A DNA stretch of 61,430 nt, the filler included, from Choristocarpus tenellus KU-1152 (lineage: Eukaryota; Protista; Phaeophyceae): the NCBI GenBank assembly GCA_964200185.2. It is 7 parts of 7 records of this genome, joined end to end, with 100 filler letters (N's around TTAATTAATTAA, not from the genome) between each part and the next. Parts side by side here need not be neighbours in the genome. Positions count along the whole stretch, not along the records: positions 50,276 to 58,220 come from CAXNAD020005355.1; positions 58,321 to 61,430 come from CAXNAD020022264.1; 5 more parts are not named here. One strand, given 5' to 3'. Numbering within the stretch: the first letter of the stretch is position 1; every line of letters begins with the position of its first letter. The notes under the pieces are model-generated. The model was not told the DNA's origin. It did not search any database and saw only the letters and a list, made by a program, of their open reading frames with translations. Shown here piece after piece: positions 50,415 through 61,430 of this stretch. Both the position numbers and the translations under genes were made by a program.

Positions 50415-52605
50415 AAATATTAAAAAATGATGGAAATAAGATACTTAATATTATATATTTGGGGCATCATAGGATTATTAGTATTAGCTATCAAAATAGT
50501 ACTGCAGCAAGAAGCTTGGATAGTTGATATATTACATTATCAAAGTACAAGTAATCACTGCAATGGCTGGATGTATTTCTGGTGTTATAATACATGAGTT
50601 GAAATGCCACCCCCTGCTTCTTCCACTGGAAGGTAAAGCTTACCAAATCGATGACAATAATCAAGTCCACTTTCATCACCTTCATCCCTTCGTTTTTATA
50701 GCCACCATTGTCCCTCATCTTCAGTCATCGCAGGGTTTCTCATCTGGGAACGAGACTCTGGGATTCTTGCAAGTTGGATTCCGTGAAAATAAACTCTATT
50801 ACGTTACAACTGAGGAAGTGAATGCCCTGAGCATGGCGTCTACCATTGGTTCCCTTGGGGGGTTTTGGCGTGAGTGTCAGCATACTTCAAGGGATCAATG
50901 TAGAGCTGTAGCCCTTGTTTGACAACACTACTCTCGTATGTTTCAAGTATATTGATGTGCATGTGTAAGAGGATGTTACCATAGCCTCTGAGCGGTTGCT
51001 TAACAATGTAGTCAGATACATAATCTGTCAAAGTCAAATACAGTGCTTTGTGCAAGAACACGTTGATAATAGAGTTACCACTATCTCAACGACAGACCCA
51101 AGATAAAATATTGTTATTAGTCATACACCTTCTCAAATCTAGAAAGATTATTTCTTATATTTATCTGTGCCAAGATTGTAACATGTCTACCCTACTGTGT
51201 ACACCATATGGCCAGAGTACATTCTGATTGCGTGGGGCTTCTTCTTTATTTCGAAGGAACCTGAAAACAAAATCAAGATTGCTCGACGACTTGGCAAACT
51301 TGAGGAGCACTTGGGGTGGTTGAAGGAGGAAAAGGGTCAAGGAGAGGTGACAATTGCATCTGAAGGCGCTAGGAGCTCATCACAAAACACTCCCAGGAAC
51401 AAGAAAGAGTTGGTAAGAGCCATCGTGTTGTTATCAATGATATCTACTGAAACACCTATCTTATTGTAATTGTCTTGAAGTCATGTTGTGAAAATGCATA
51501 GAGATTAGTTTGGTTCTCCAGAGTATGTCCTTATCGAGGTAGTTTTCACATTCGTGTTCAGTCTGACAAGTCAATATTTCACCAATGCTCTCAAATACTC
51601 CAATGCATAGTACTACTACATTTTACACAATTAGAGTGTATAAGATACTCTATGAGGTTGTACTAAAATAAGTTATACGAATGTACTAGTGCGCATTCTA
51701 ACACCGATCAAGCTGGCCATTGATTTCCAGGTTGTGGTTCGCAACGTATTTGAGCAAGTCATCAATTTGTCACAAAGTGTGAGGTTTGGGAGAGTTAGTA
51801 CCAACGTTTCATTTATCCCTTGCATGGGAAACTATGGAACACTGTCCATCTAATACCGGGTACACTATGAGCCCTCTGCCCGCTTCTGTTTCCCTAATGA
51901 CCAAAAGACATATTCAGAACATTTCCCTCATCCTATACCCTTGAGACTCTCCAGCTGCTATGAGATGTCAAGAGAAGGCAAATCTCTTGTACTTCCACTT
52001 TACTGACATACATCTCGTTTCCTCATTCACCCTCTTTTTTGTCCTCCATTTGTCTGATTACAGGAGGACCACACTGTGCTCCAGCAGGGTGAAGTACCAT
52101 TGTCATCACATGACGTCCACCCCAGCAACATGGCCGAAGTATGAGGTGAGCATGGCAATTTGAGGTATATTTACTTCTTTTGTTGTCTGCCAGTACTTCT
52201 ATTGTTGCAGTCTCATCATCTGGTGCTACTATTGGACCTTCCAGGACAGATATGATGATCCTTTACAAATAGCTTTGTTGGGTAGTGCATTGAACATCGT
52301 CTTTCTCTAGCTCCTCAAAGCAACCCATACAACACAACGAAAACAAAAATTATATACGCTATACTTGACAACTTATAAATCCAAATGGAGCAATCTCTTA
52401 TGTTGCTCAAGAGACCTCTTCGACCTGGATAATACTGATAAACGTGCAACTAAACTTGAAAAACCATCATTATCCTGGCATTGGAAAACGTTCAATAGAA
52501 TATCCCCACTAAAAAAATAAGATCGATCCTGCACAACGTTTTGCAGAACCGCTACCAAGACACTCAGAGCCAAGTTTAGTCAGATGTCTTGAAGAGTTAG
52601 GTATT

Positions 52606-53096
52606 GGACTTCTTTCTGCCTGTGCTTCTATTGTATCTATGCTTCAAGATAGAAAATAAGTGATTGTTGAGAAAAAAAAATATTTCTTTCCAAGCGTTCT
52701 TGGCAGGCTAGTTACTGCATTCTTAATTGGTTTTTTTACAAAAACATGTGGAGTATGATTTTACCGTAGACTTAGAAAGTTGAACCTTTTTTTGCAGCAT
52801 CCGGTTGTATAGCCTATTGTTGTTTCTCCAGAAAGCAGTAAACACTGATTGGTGCAGGACTTCCTTCTTCATATGCTTATATTGTATATATGCTTCAAGA
52901 TAGAAAATATGTGATTATTGAGAAGAAGAAAAACGTTTCTTTCTAAGCGATCTTGGCAGGCTAGTTACTGCATTTTTAATAGGACTTTTGGAAAAACATG
53001 TGGATTATGATTTTAGAGCAAACTTAGAAGATTGAACCTTTTTTTGCAGAATGCGGTTGTATAGTCTATTGCTGTTTCTACAGAAAGTAGTAAACT
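52606..53096 (+). repeat. Diverged tandem duplication of ~250 bp (~52606-52845 and ~52857-53096)
   Basis: Shared blocks TATGCTTCAAGATAGAAAATA, TCTTGGCAGGCTAGTTACTGCATT, TTGAACCTTTTTTTGCAG and CAGAAAG.AGTAAAC occur in both halves. Confidence 0.9.
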
Positions 53097-53984
53097 TCAA
53101 TTGGGCTTGACTATATTCCAATATTGTTTATTGCGGTTTTCCATTCAATTGTTCGAAAAGTCCCCCTTCAACCATTCAACACGGAGAAGTATCCCCTTGC
53201 CCAGTACTATACGCACAAACCCTCCCCGCCTTCCGACAATCTGTTTTTCAGGTTGCTTATCTAGGACACAGCTGGGAACAAACTTTGAAGCCAAGATTAT
53301 CTCCTGCCCATCGTCATAGCCATGAATCAACTCAAGAGTCACTTCAGTCACAAGACAGGATATTTGACTCATTATTCAGTAGTTATCTCTACTATGTGAT
53401 TCATTGCAAGAATCAACCACTCCATCTTCCAAGGTAAACGATACAACACCGAAGAAATTAGTAAAAACTGACCGGAAAATAGAGATGATATAGAGAAGGA
53501 ATAAGCCTATGGTTGTAGCAAACAATACCTGGACTGGAATGTTAGTCAAACATAGAACGTGAGTCAAATGTTGGTCTGTTGATTTCTCCTCAAGTGACTG
53601 TCTTATTCGCATTAAAATCATCTTCCCCAAACTATGAATAGAGAGTCAAAATTTAATTCAGAGGGTAGAGCCGCGTCCGTTTGGGGGCCAGTGCACTGAA
53701 GCACTTGGGGAATTCAATTTTGGTTTATATGGTAACATGCTCTATGAGGAGTTAGATTGAATACTGCAAGGTATGGCACTATTCAATGTTGTGGTGCAGG
53801 AAAGTGGTGCATGCTCTGAGTAGAGCTAGTTTCCTTGATGAGAATACTGTGGATGTATTAACTCTGAATATATATCATCCAGTTGCATGTCGAGGTACAC
53901 TCATAACAGAGTGAACTCGAAGTTTGAAGAGTGGGCAACGCCTCCCAATAAAACTAGCTGAGATGCCAGGGTTGTTCGATCTAT

Positions 53985-54230
53985 GAGAGAGTCAAAGTAT
54001 TATAGTGGGTAGAGCTGCGTCCATTTGGCGTCAAAATCTGTTGTTGCCATTTTTTTCACGTAACATTGGTTGTGGTGTTTGTTAGGAAGTGTCAATATCC
54101 TTTTTCCAGACACACATTTTCATAATGTATACATTTTACCTCCTCTAAACCATTTCGGAGTAGGAAAATGTCATAAAAACACGTGGCAACCCAAGCCCCA
54201 AACGGACAAACAGGGCAAACCTACTCACGT
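53985..54230. repeat. Second dispersed MITE-like family (fragments also at 1-86, ~53640-53690, ~55938-56003)
   Basis: CCAAGCCCCAA..GGACAAACAGGGCAAA recurs at ~30, ~54190 and ~55946. The ends GAGTCAAAGTAT / GATACTT.CACTC resemble the TIR of the first MITE family. Confidence 0.65.
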
Positions 54231-55330
54231 GTGTCACATATTTACTGAATTTGTATTTTGAACTTCCACCAAATCAACCTACTATAACCATGTAGAGTGC
54301 AATTTAGGTAGTTGCATACAAAAGAACATTACTAGTGGAGAGGCTAATGGTGAACCCTAGTTACTTCTGCCCCTGAAAGCGATTATTGCAACGAAGGAGA
54401 ACACAAACAAGCAGTGAGGGCACCGACGGATGACGAGAGTGAGAATGTGAATCAGGTGGAACCTACTCTACAGAAAATCGAGACATGAATAACACATGAC
54501 ATAGTGCTGACAGCACCCCCATGCATGATATCGAGACCTCGAGATTATCGTGTAGGGTACAGGTTATTGGTGCGACCTGGCGACACAGTAAGGGAGTCAG
54601 CACTATCGCCTCACATCAAGGTCATAAAGAGAGACACTGAAGCCATGCACTCCAGCCAAGTCCATTGATGCGCAAGCTTCTCGTACCCTTTTTTCCCGCA
54701 GGCACAGCATCCCCCCTGTGTGTCTTGTCCTGGTACAGGTGGATCTTCTACTTCTCTTTCCCCCACAGCATAGCCCCGAATTCGCTTAATCACAAACCCC
54801 CTATGTCCTTTCCTTCTGGCACTGCTGGAGCACAATTTTCCTAATTGGCAGAGCTTTCCCTCCTTTCCTCCCCCCACAGCACAGTCCTCTCTTGTTACTT
54901 ACACACAGAAAGCTGTGTGTGAGAGGCCTGCAGTACCCCATCCTTGTCATCAAAGGTTGAAAGTAGCCCATTTTGGTTGCTGAAAGTGAAATACAGGAGG
55001 ATTGCTCAATAGGATAATCACTCAACAGGATTGTCGTCTGAGTGTGTAAAACTCTCTAGATCGACAGAATTCTGTTGACAAAGCCTCAGGACAATTGCAA
55101 TGTGATTTACATCAGAGACCAAAGACACCTGAGGGCGTCATTGAAAGGAATATCCACGATAGAAAGGAGCGAGCATGTTCACCACAAATGTACTACGCAC
55201 AGATTTGAAAAATAATAGCAATAGAAATGGGGCATAGACTAACTCCCACCTCAGTCCTTCTATTTGTGTTGGAAATGTGCATCTCAAAGGTCCCATCATC
55301 AACGTTTTACCTGTGTCAAAACTCAGGTAA

Positions 55331-55510
55331 GACCCAAAGTATCTGAGGGTAGGGGGGTAGTCTACACCAGGGTGTCCATTTGGGGCATAACCAGGAAAAG
55401 TGCACTTACGTTATCCATCCGACATATGCAACCAAATCACCCAAAAATCGCGACATAAACAATTTGACCCCAAATGGACAGTCGCCACCCCAACCCAGAT
55501 ATTTGGAACC
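55331..55510. mobile_element. Tourist-like MITE copy (opposite orientation)
   Basis: GACCCAAAGTATCTG...CCAGATATTTGGAACC flanked by TAA on both sides; internal match to 31330-31504. Confidence 0.85.
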
Positions 55511-58103
55511 TAAGGGATTTCTTACCCTCATGCGCACAAGTATGTCCCAAATGACATCCATCTTCACACTATCCGTTTCGAGAGTCGAGAGGTAGGTTCC
55601 AAGAGGAATTTTTCATCAGGATGTTTGCGTAATCATTTGACTCCATTGTGGCTGGAGAGTCCTTGGCAAGAATGAGTGATGATCAGTGCCAGATGTTGAA
55701 GTATTCCATACTGGACCGGCAGTTAACTTGATCTATGATGTATCTTGGCAGATGACAACATCTGAATTGGTGTGAATATTTATGGTAGTAGTGTTAGAAA
55801 GAAGTCGTAGTCTCAATTCTGTTGACTGAACTCATGGGGGCTGTGGATACCCATTATGATTCTACAGTATGGCGTTTATAATCGTTCACACCAAGTATGA
55901 AACAGTTACTTGTCTACAGTATGACAAGCATATTTCCATGGGAAGCCAAGCCCCAAACGGACAAACAGGGCAAAACTCGTACCCTGTAAGATACTTCCAC
56001 TCAAACCAAGTCAAACATCCCCAACGGGATACCTGCCTGCCCTATGTGCAGTACCAGGTGCAAATAAACAGCTAAGTACCCCTAATAATCAGTTCCTAAA
56101 GATATGTTACAGCAGCACGCTCCAAAAGCTTACCTTCACAGGATGGAAGCTCGGATCCACAGGCCTATAGATGGTGCTGATGCTTGTACAGGACTCCTGG
56201 GATACTCCGATAGTCAAAAGGTCCAACGAGGATGATGAATATCAGGTCAACAGATAAGTGTACTCTTATGAGTCAATCAGCATGAATATGAGAAACGGTA
56301 TCAGTCAAGAGCGAGTCATTTTGGGGCCTCTTGTCATGATTTATCGTTTTATTTTTATTGGAAAATATTTACAGATTAACGAACGTCAGCTCAGCAGAAC
56401 AGGGGTACTCTCAAATGAATTAATTAGCATAAAAAATACGTATGTTTTTCGATATCAGTAAGAGAGAATGCTAAAGGATCTCTAGGTCAGAAGAAGTGAG
56501 CTGTTTGGAGTCGTTTTTAGGATCTCTTTATCATCACTTATCGTTGGGGCTTCTTTGGTTTACAGACATTGGAATATATCTGAGAACCCTTGCAACCTTT
56601 CATCTGGGAACCCTTGCGACTTTCTCGAGTTACATATTTTATTCTGCAACTTCTTAGCAAATCGGAGTTACCCCTTTTGGAGTTCCCCACGCGCGTACAC
56701 TGCTCGCGCCGGTTAAAGCACGGGAAGAAATACTTGCTCTATTCGCCTGTAACACTACCCTCTAAGACACTTTGACCCATAATTTAAAGAAACAGCATTC
56801 CCTCAGAAATGAAGAAAAAATGTAGAAATAGGGAACCTAGATAGATAAAGTTTCTGCATTCCCATAGGATCACACGATAGTCCAAGACAAACGCAAAGCT
56901 TCTCTACTTTCCACGTTATTGCTTCGACCCGGTAATGATAGTCCTGAGAGAAGTGCTTGAAATCTCGTTCAAAGAGGGTTGGCATTAATAATGCTGCACA
57001 GAGTGCATCTTGAAGTCTTTATAATATATATATATATATATCACTCTGTGACACTTTGTTCTTGATTCTCTCACACATAGTTTTGCCACCTTTCACGGAT
57101 TTCAAGAAGGGATAGTTTGGTGATTGCAATAACGAAATTAGCATGTTCTCCCTTCTTTCCATGCCTTCACCACCAATTAATTCCAAGGTATGCATCAATA
57201 ATAGCCTCAGCGCTATCGATGAATTCCAAAAGGTTAGGGTTGTGTAGAAGATATTTCGACACTTTTTTTTATCATCCAGTTGTGAAAGAATGTATCGTGC
57301 TAATTTTGTTACCAGTGTGGATTATACACCGAAAACTGGACTTTTCATTTGACCTAAACTTCAACCTTCGTTTCACTATCAATACCAGGTTCATTTGTCT
57401 GTCATTACCCAAATCCTAACTATTTTTTTGGATAAGTAAAACAGAAAGTAGATCAGAAAACTTGGTTCCTAGGCCATTTTACTACCTCTGTGCCATAAGT
57501 TTGTACGGCAAAACATCTGGGCTCGCCAAGCGAGAACGGGGCCGAAACGGACGATAAGCCCACAAAATGAAATCGGGTTGACAGTCTCAGCTTTCAGAAA
57601 ATGTGGGGGTCGAGGATCATCGGTACAAACTTGAGATCCTTCAAGCCGTCAAAGTAGGGATCTTTTGGGGTGATTTTGAGGCCAGAACTGCGCACATCGA
57701 GGGTCAGAACGTCGGCATGCCAACCCTTCCATCGGCCCCCTCGCATAGGAAGGGTGCCCAAGTGTCCCCGAATACCAGGGTTGGACTTGCAGTGCGGCAC
57801 GCACTCGCGATGGTCCCTGGTGAGCATAAACTGTTGCTACACATTGGGTGGACCCTCACACTGGAGTTTGGAGTGTCCCAGTGTTACATGAGAGAGCTCT
57901 GAGAGGACGTTGTCGATCAGCTCACCCGTGGCCACACATTTGACCTAGTGGTGGTGGCACGTGGTGGGCAACCTTTGGAGCTCACACTGACCAAGATGGC
58001 CGCAATATATAGTATCAATTCCGATAATCGGCCATCCACAGTGCGTCCGGTGAAAATGAAGATGGCCACCAAGGGGCTGAATTATAGCATGAAATGTGTA
58101 TGT

Positions 58104-58220
58104 CGGTGATAGGGGGGGGTGGGTCTTGAGCAGTTTCTGTTATGTGGTGGTGGGGGGTCTTGAGCAGTTTCGGTGATAGGTGGGGGTGGGTCTTGAGCAG
58201 GTGCTGTGATGTGGTAGTGG
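58104..58220 (+). repeat. G-rich minisatellite at contig end
   Basis: GGGTCTTGAGCAG occurs three times within alternating ~30-bp units and runs into the gap. Confidence 0.8.
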
Positions 58221-58320
58221 NNNNNNNNNNNNNNNNNNNNNNNNNNNNNNNNNNNNNNNNNNNNTTAATTAATTAANNNNNNNNNNNNNNNNNNNNNNNN
58301 NNNNNNNNNNNNNNNNNNNN
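58221..58320. other. Artificial contig spacer
   Basis: N-run with TTAATTAATTAA at 58265-58276. Confidence 0.97.
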
Positions 58321-61300
58321 CTCACGTCTGATGACCAGCCAGTGCGACCCGTTCACCACTGATTTTCCAGTCACCCCCCCCTATCCGATGACCAACCAGT
58401 GCGACTCCTTTCGTACTGATTTCCGGTCTCTACCACCCCTTTCAACACTATTTAACCCCAGTCAACCCCACACCAGTTACCAGTCCATTCAACCCCACGC
58501 CAGTTACCACTCCAATCAACCCCACGCCACTTACCACTCCACCACACCATTGAACACCACTCAACCTCACACCACTCAACACCGCTCCACAATCATCCAA
58601 GAAACCTCCTTCATCATCCCCTTCATACCGTGCCTTTGAGCTAGAAGACATCTACCCCTCCCGAACTTGACCTCCCCTCCCTTTCGGGGTTGGTTTCTTC
58701 TAGATCAGACTGCAGGTCCTGCCCCGGTTGAACTCAATCCTTCCTACTCTCTGCCAGACCCTTCGAAATCCTCACCAGGTCCCTCTGGTTGGCCCTGACA
58801 TACACCATGAACGTCCTCCACTTCCATCTACCCTCCCTCTGAATTACCATCTCTGAAACTCCCATAATTTCCAGCCTAGTGGCTCCTCCCATCCTCCCTG
58901 AGTGCAAAGTATACTCTTCTGGTTTCAACTTTAGCTTCTTTTACTATTTTTCTCAGGATACATGTTGCTTGTCCCCTCGTCACTACCCTCCACCTCTCTC
59001 CCTCTCTAAATGTCATCAGTGGGGCATCAGGGGGTAGCTCTGGGAAACTTTCCATAATTGCTAGTACCACCTCAAAAACCCCCATACTCTCTTCCCCTCT
59101 TCCCTCCTCCACTCTGAATCTTGTATCAACACTGCTCCCTTCCTACCCTGGTCCCCCTTTGACCCCCTGAACATTATCTCGACTTTTTCTCCTTTGTGTC
59201 TATCCTCCCACCCTAGTCTCTCTACCCCATTCCTCTATACTATATATTTTCACCTTACCGCAAAATCTCCATGCACCCCCCCCTTCATCATACACCCAAA
59301 GCTCCGACGCCCTCACCAAGAAAAAGAAAGAGATCCCCAATCCTAGCCTAGTAACTTACCCTCCTCCTTTTAGGCTGACTGCCTGTTTTTGTGTGACTTT
59401 TCCCAATACCCTTCAGAACTCAGGAAATCATGAAATGTTGCATGGGAAGTAGGAAGTTTAGGAATTGTTTGTTGTAGTATTGGATTGCTGAAATCTTCCC
59501 CATTATTGTACCTACTTGGTTACCCCTACTCCCACAACAGAAACATATGAACTCAGTTAGGGCCTTTACAACATCCCATTCTCAACTTCTGAGGTATAAT
59601 CACCTACTCAGTCCTCTATAAGTATGGAACTCAGACCACTGCTCCCAAGCTGTCTCATAGCACTTCTGAGTAGATGGCGTGACCAATCCTCTGGCGTACA
59701 TTGCTGCAAGGCATTTTAGCACACCATCTCCCCGTCCCGACCCAGGGGCTGCTCCTGCCAATCAACACATGGGCAGGCATTTTGGAGGTTAGCTAAAATC
59801 TCGTCTCTATCCCATCTTGATATTCCGCCTGCTAATTCGTTCTTCTTCACCTCAACATGATCTGCTGCAAAGGACCATTCCCCGGTTATCTCTAACACCC
59901 TCATTACTCTCATCAGACCCCCAGCCCTCCTATCCTTCGCTCCCCCCCACACTTACGGAACCAATGCACTGCCGAATTGTTGTCTCCTCTCAACAGTACT
60001 GGATCCCCTTTGGGTTTTGCTCTTCCTCCTACTTTCATTACCAATAGCTATGCATTCATTACCATCCCCAGCTATTGTAATACATTGATGGAAATACTCC
60101 CTCTCCTCTTTGACTACACTCCGTTTGATATCTCTCTTCATCTTCTCTGGGAAATCGTACCTCCACCACTTACCCGTCTCCACATTGTACCCTCCTACTG
60201 CTGTAAAACAAGCATCTGAATACCATGTGGTCACTGGTGGTCTCAACACAAAGCCCATAAAGGGGGAACTCATTTTCTCCTTCCTCTGCCAGACCTCTTT
60301 CTACCACCCACCTCCACCAATACAAATCTTCCTTAAACTCCCTACCTAACTTGATCTCTCTGTTTCCCTCTCTCAACCCTACACTCTGTTCTCTCTGACC
60401 ACCCCCCTGAGCTATTCTTCTCAACCAACCCCCCTTCTAGTGTAGCCCCGACTGGCTCACCAGCCACCGAAGAAAGAATCTCCCTGGGCATACTCAACAT
60501 ACGACATGTGAAACAATTTTCCCAGCAACACCCAAACATCTCGTACTCTTACTAATGACCTCGATTCAGGCCACCCTTCTAGCAATCGCTTCAATCCCTG
60601 CAAATTTCCATCTGGTAAAGCAATAATAATTTTTTCAGTGTCTATCCTCCATCCCACTACAACCTGCGTGGTATGCCAACCCGTCAGCTTTTTAGCTGAC
60701 AGGATAGGGGGTTCCTCTACCTTTCTCTGCCCTAGCAATCTTATGTGGTCCGAAACTAGAGAGTTTGTTGCCAACTTCAATCTCCTCCCATCCTCAAACC
60801 ATTGGGCCTCTACTAAAATGCTGTCATCTGCATATATCCTGGCAAAAAATGTGTCCTCTACTTCCCCCCCTACCACTTTAGGAACCTTCCACGTCTCATC
60901 TAACTCACACACATCCCTCCTCCCGCTCTGTGGCGAGTGGCTTACCCCTGTGGTCATTTCTTCTGCTGCCTTAAGTATGACTGCCGAGTGGGGTTCTCTG
61001 TGACAATGGGAAAATTCTAGCGCACTTGCCATTAGGTCCCACCACCCTGGACTATTCTTCCAACCAAACTGAAGCCTGAAATCAATGACTATCACATCTT
61101 CAACACGGTTCCCAAACCTTGCTGCCCCCCTTGGTTCTACTAGAACTTGGCGAAAGGCGTCATTGACATCCATCTTACTTATCACGATTCTCACTCTGGG
61201 GAATTTCTTCCTCAGCCCTACAATCCTCCCAATCACGTCCTCCAATACTGCTCCACAACGTTCAGGGGGGGCATCTTTTAAATCCGTTTGTTCATTCACA

Positions 61301-61430
61301 CTCAGACCCCACCCCTCTTGCTGACACGACAAATAATAATCCTCCTCTTCGTTGGTTCTTGCGTTACACCAACTGGTGGTGGGGTCCATGTCTCGGGGGG
61401 TGGTGGGGCGTTAAATTTGTTGCTGACTAT
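58321..61430 (-). mobile_element. Decayed DIRS/Ngaro tyrosine-recombinase retrotransposon (RT, RNase H, YR, 3' tandem array)
   Basis: RT ORF 61389-60457 has KMDVNDAFRQV, FGWKNSPGWW and IYADD. RNase H fragments are WYSDACFTAVGGY and HVEVKKNELAGGISR; YR fragments are YTLHSGRMGGATRL...EGRWK...VYVR. Multiple frameshifts are present. Confidence 0.92.

Noticed and set aside
51197-51469. 90-aa ORF as an exon
   Set aside because: It is isolated, with no neighbouring exons or recognisable domain.
1-61430. GOGAT, TERT, helmchrome and DIRS forming one gene cluster or system
   Set aside because: They lie on different contigs joined by artificial TTAATTAATTAA spacers, so linkage is unsupported.

Overview
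Eukaryotic, intron-rich DNA, most likely from a brown alga or close photosynthetic stramenopile (inferred from a helmchrome gene, a brown-algal/phaeovirus-style ankyrin gene and the transposon content). The window is seven contigs joined by six 100-nt N-spacers, each containing the six-frame stop linker TTAATTAATTAA, so adjacency across spacers is artificial. Contig 1 has the 5' five exons of a stand-alone glutamate synthase small subunit. Contig 2 has a decayed multi-exon orphan gene with a 61-bp tandem array, plus a copia RT relic. Contig 3 has an intronless ankyrin gene and a ~1.2-kb imperfect fold-back with signs of selection on RNA structure. Contig 4 has the 5' half of telomerase (TERT) head-to-head with an SLX4IP-like/UIM gene, a Tourist-like MITE and a DIRS/Ngaro relic. 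Contig 5 has a complete 24-exon helmchrome gene (RGS-LOV x4). Contig 6 is repeat debris, and contig 7 is a decayed DIRS/Ngaro tyrosine-recombinase retrotransposon. Exon coordinates were read by hand and need RNA-seq confirmation.
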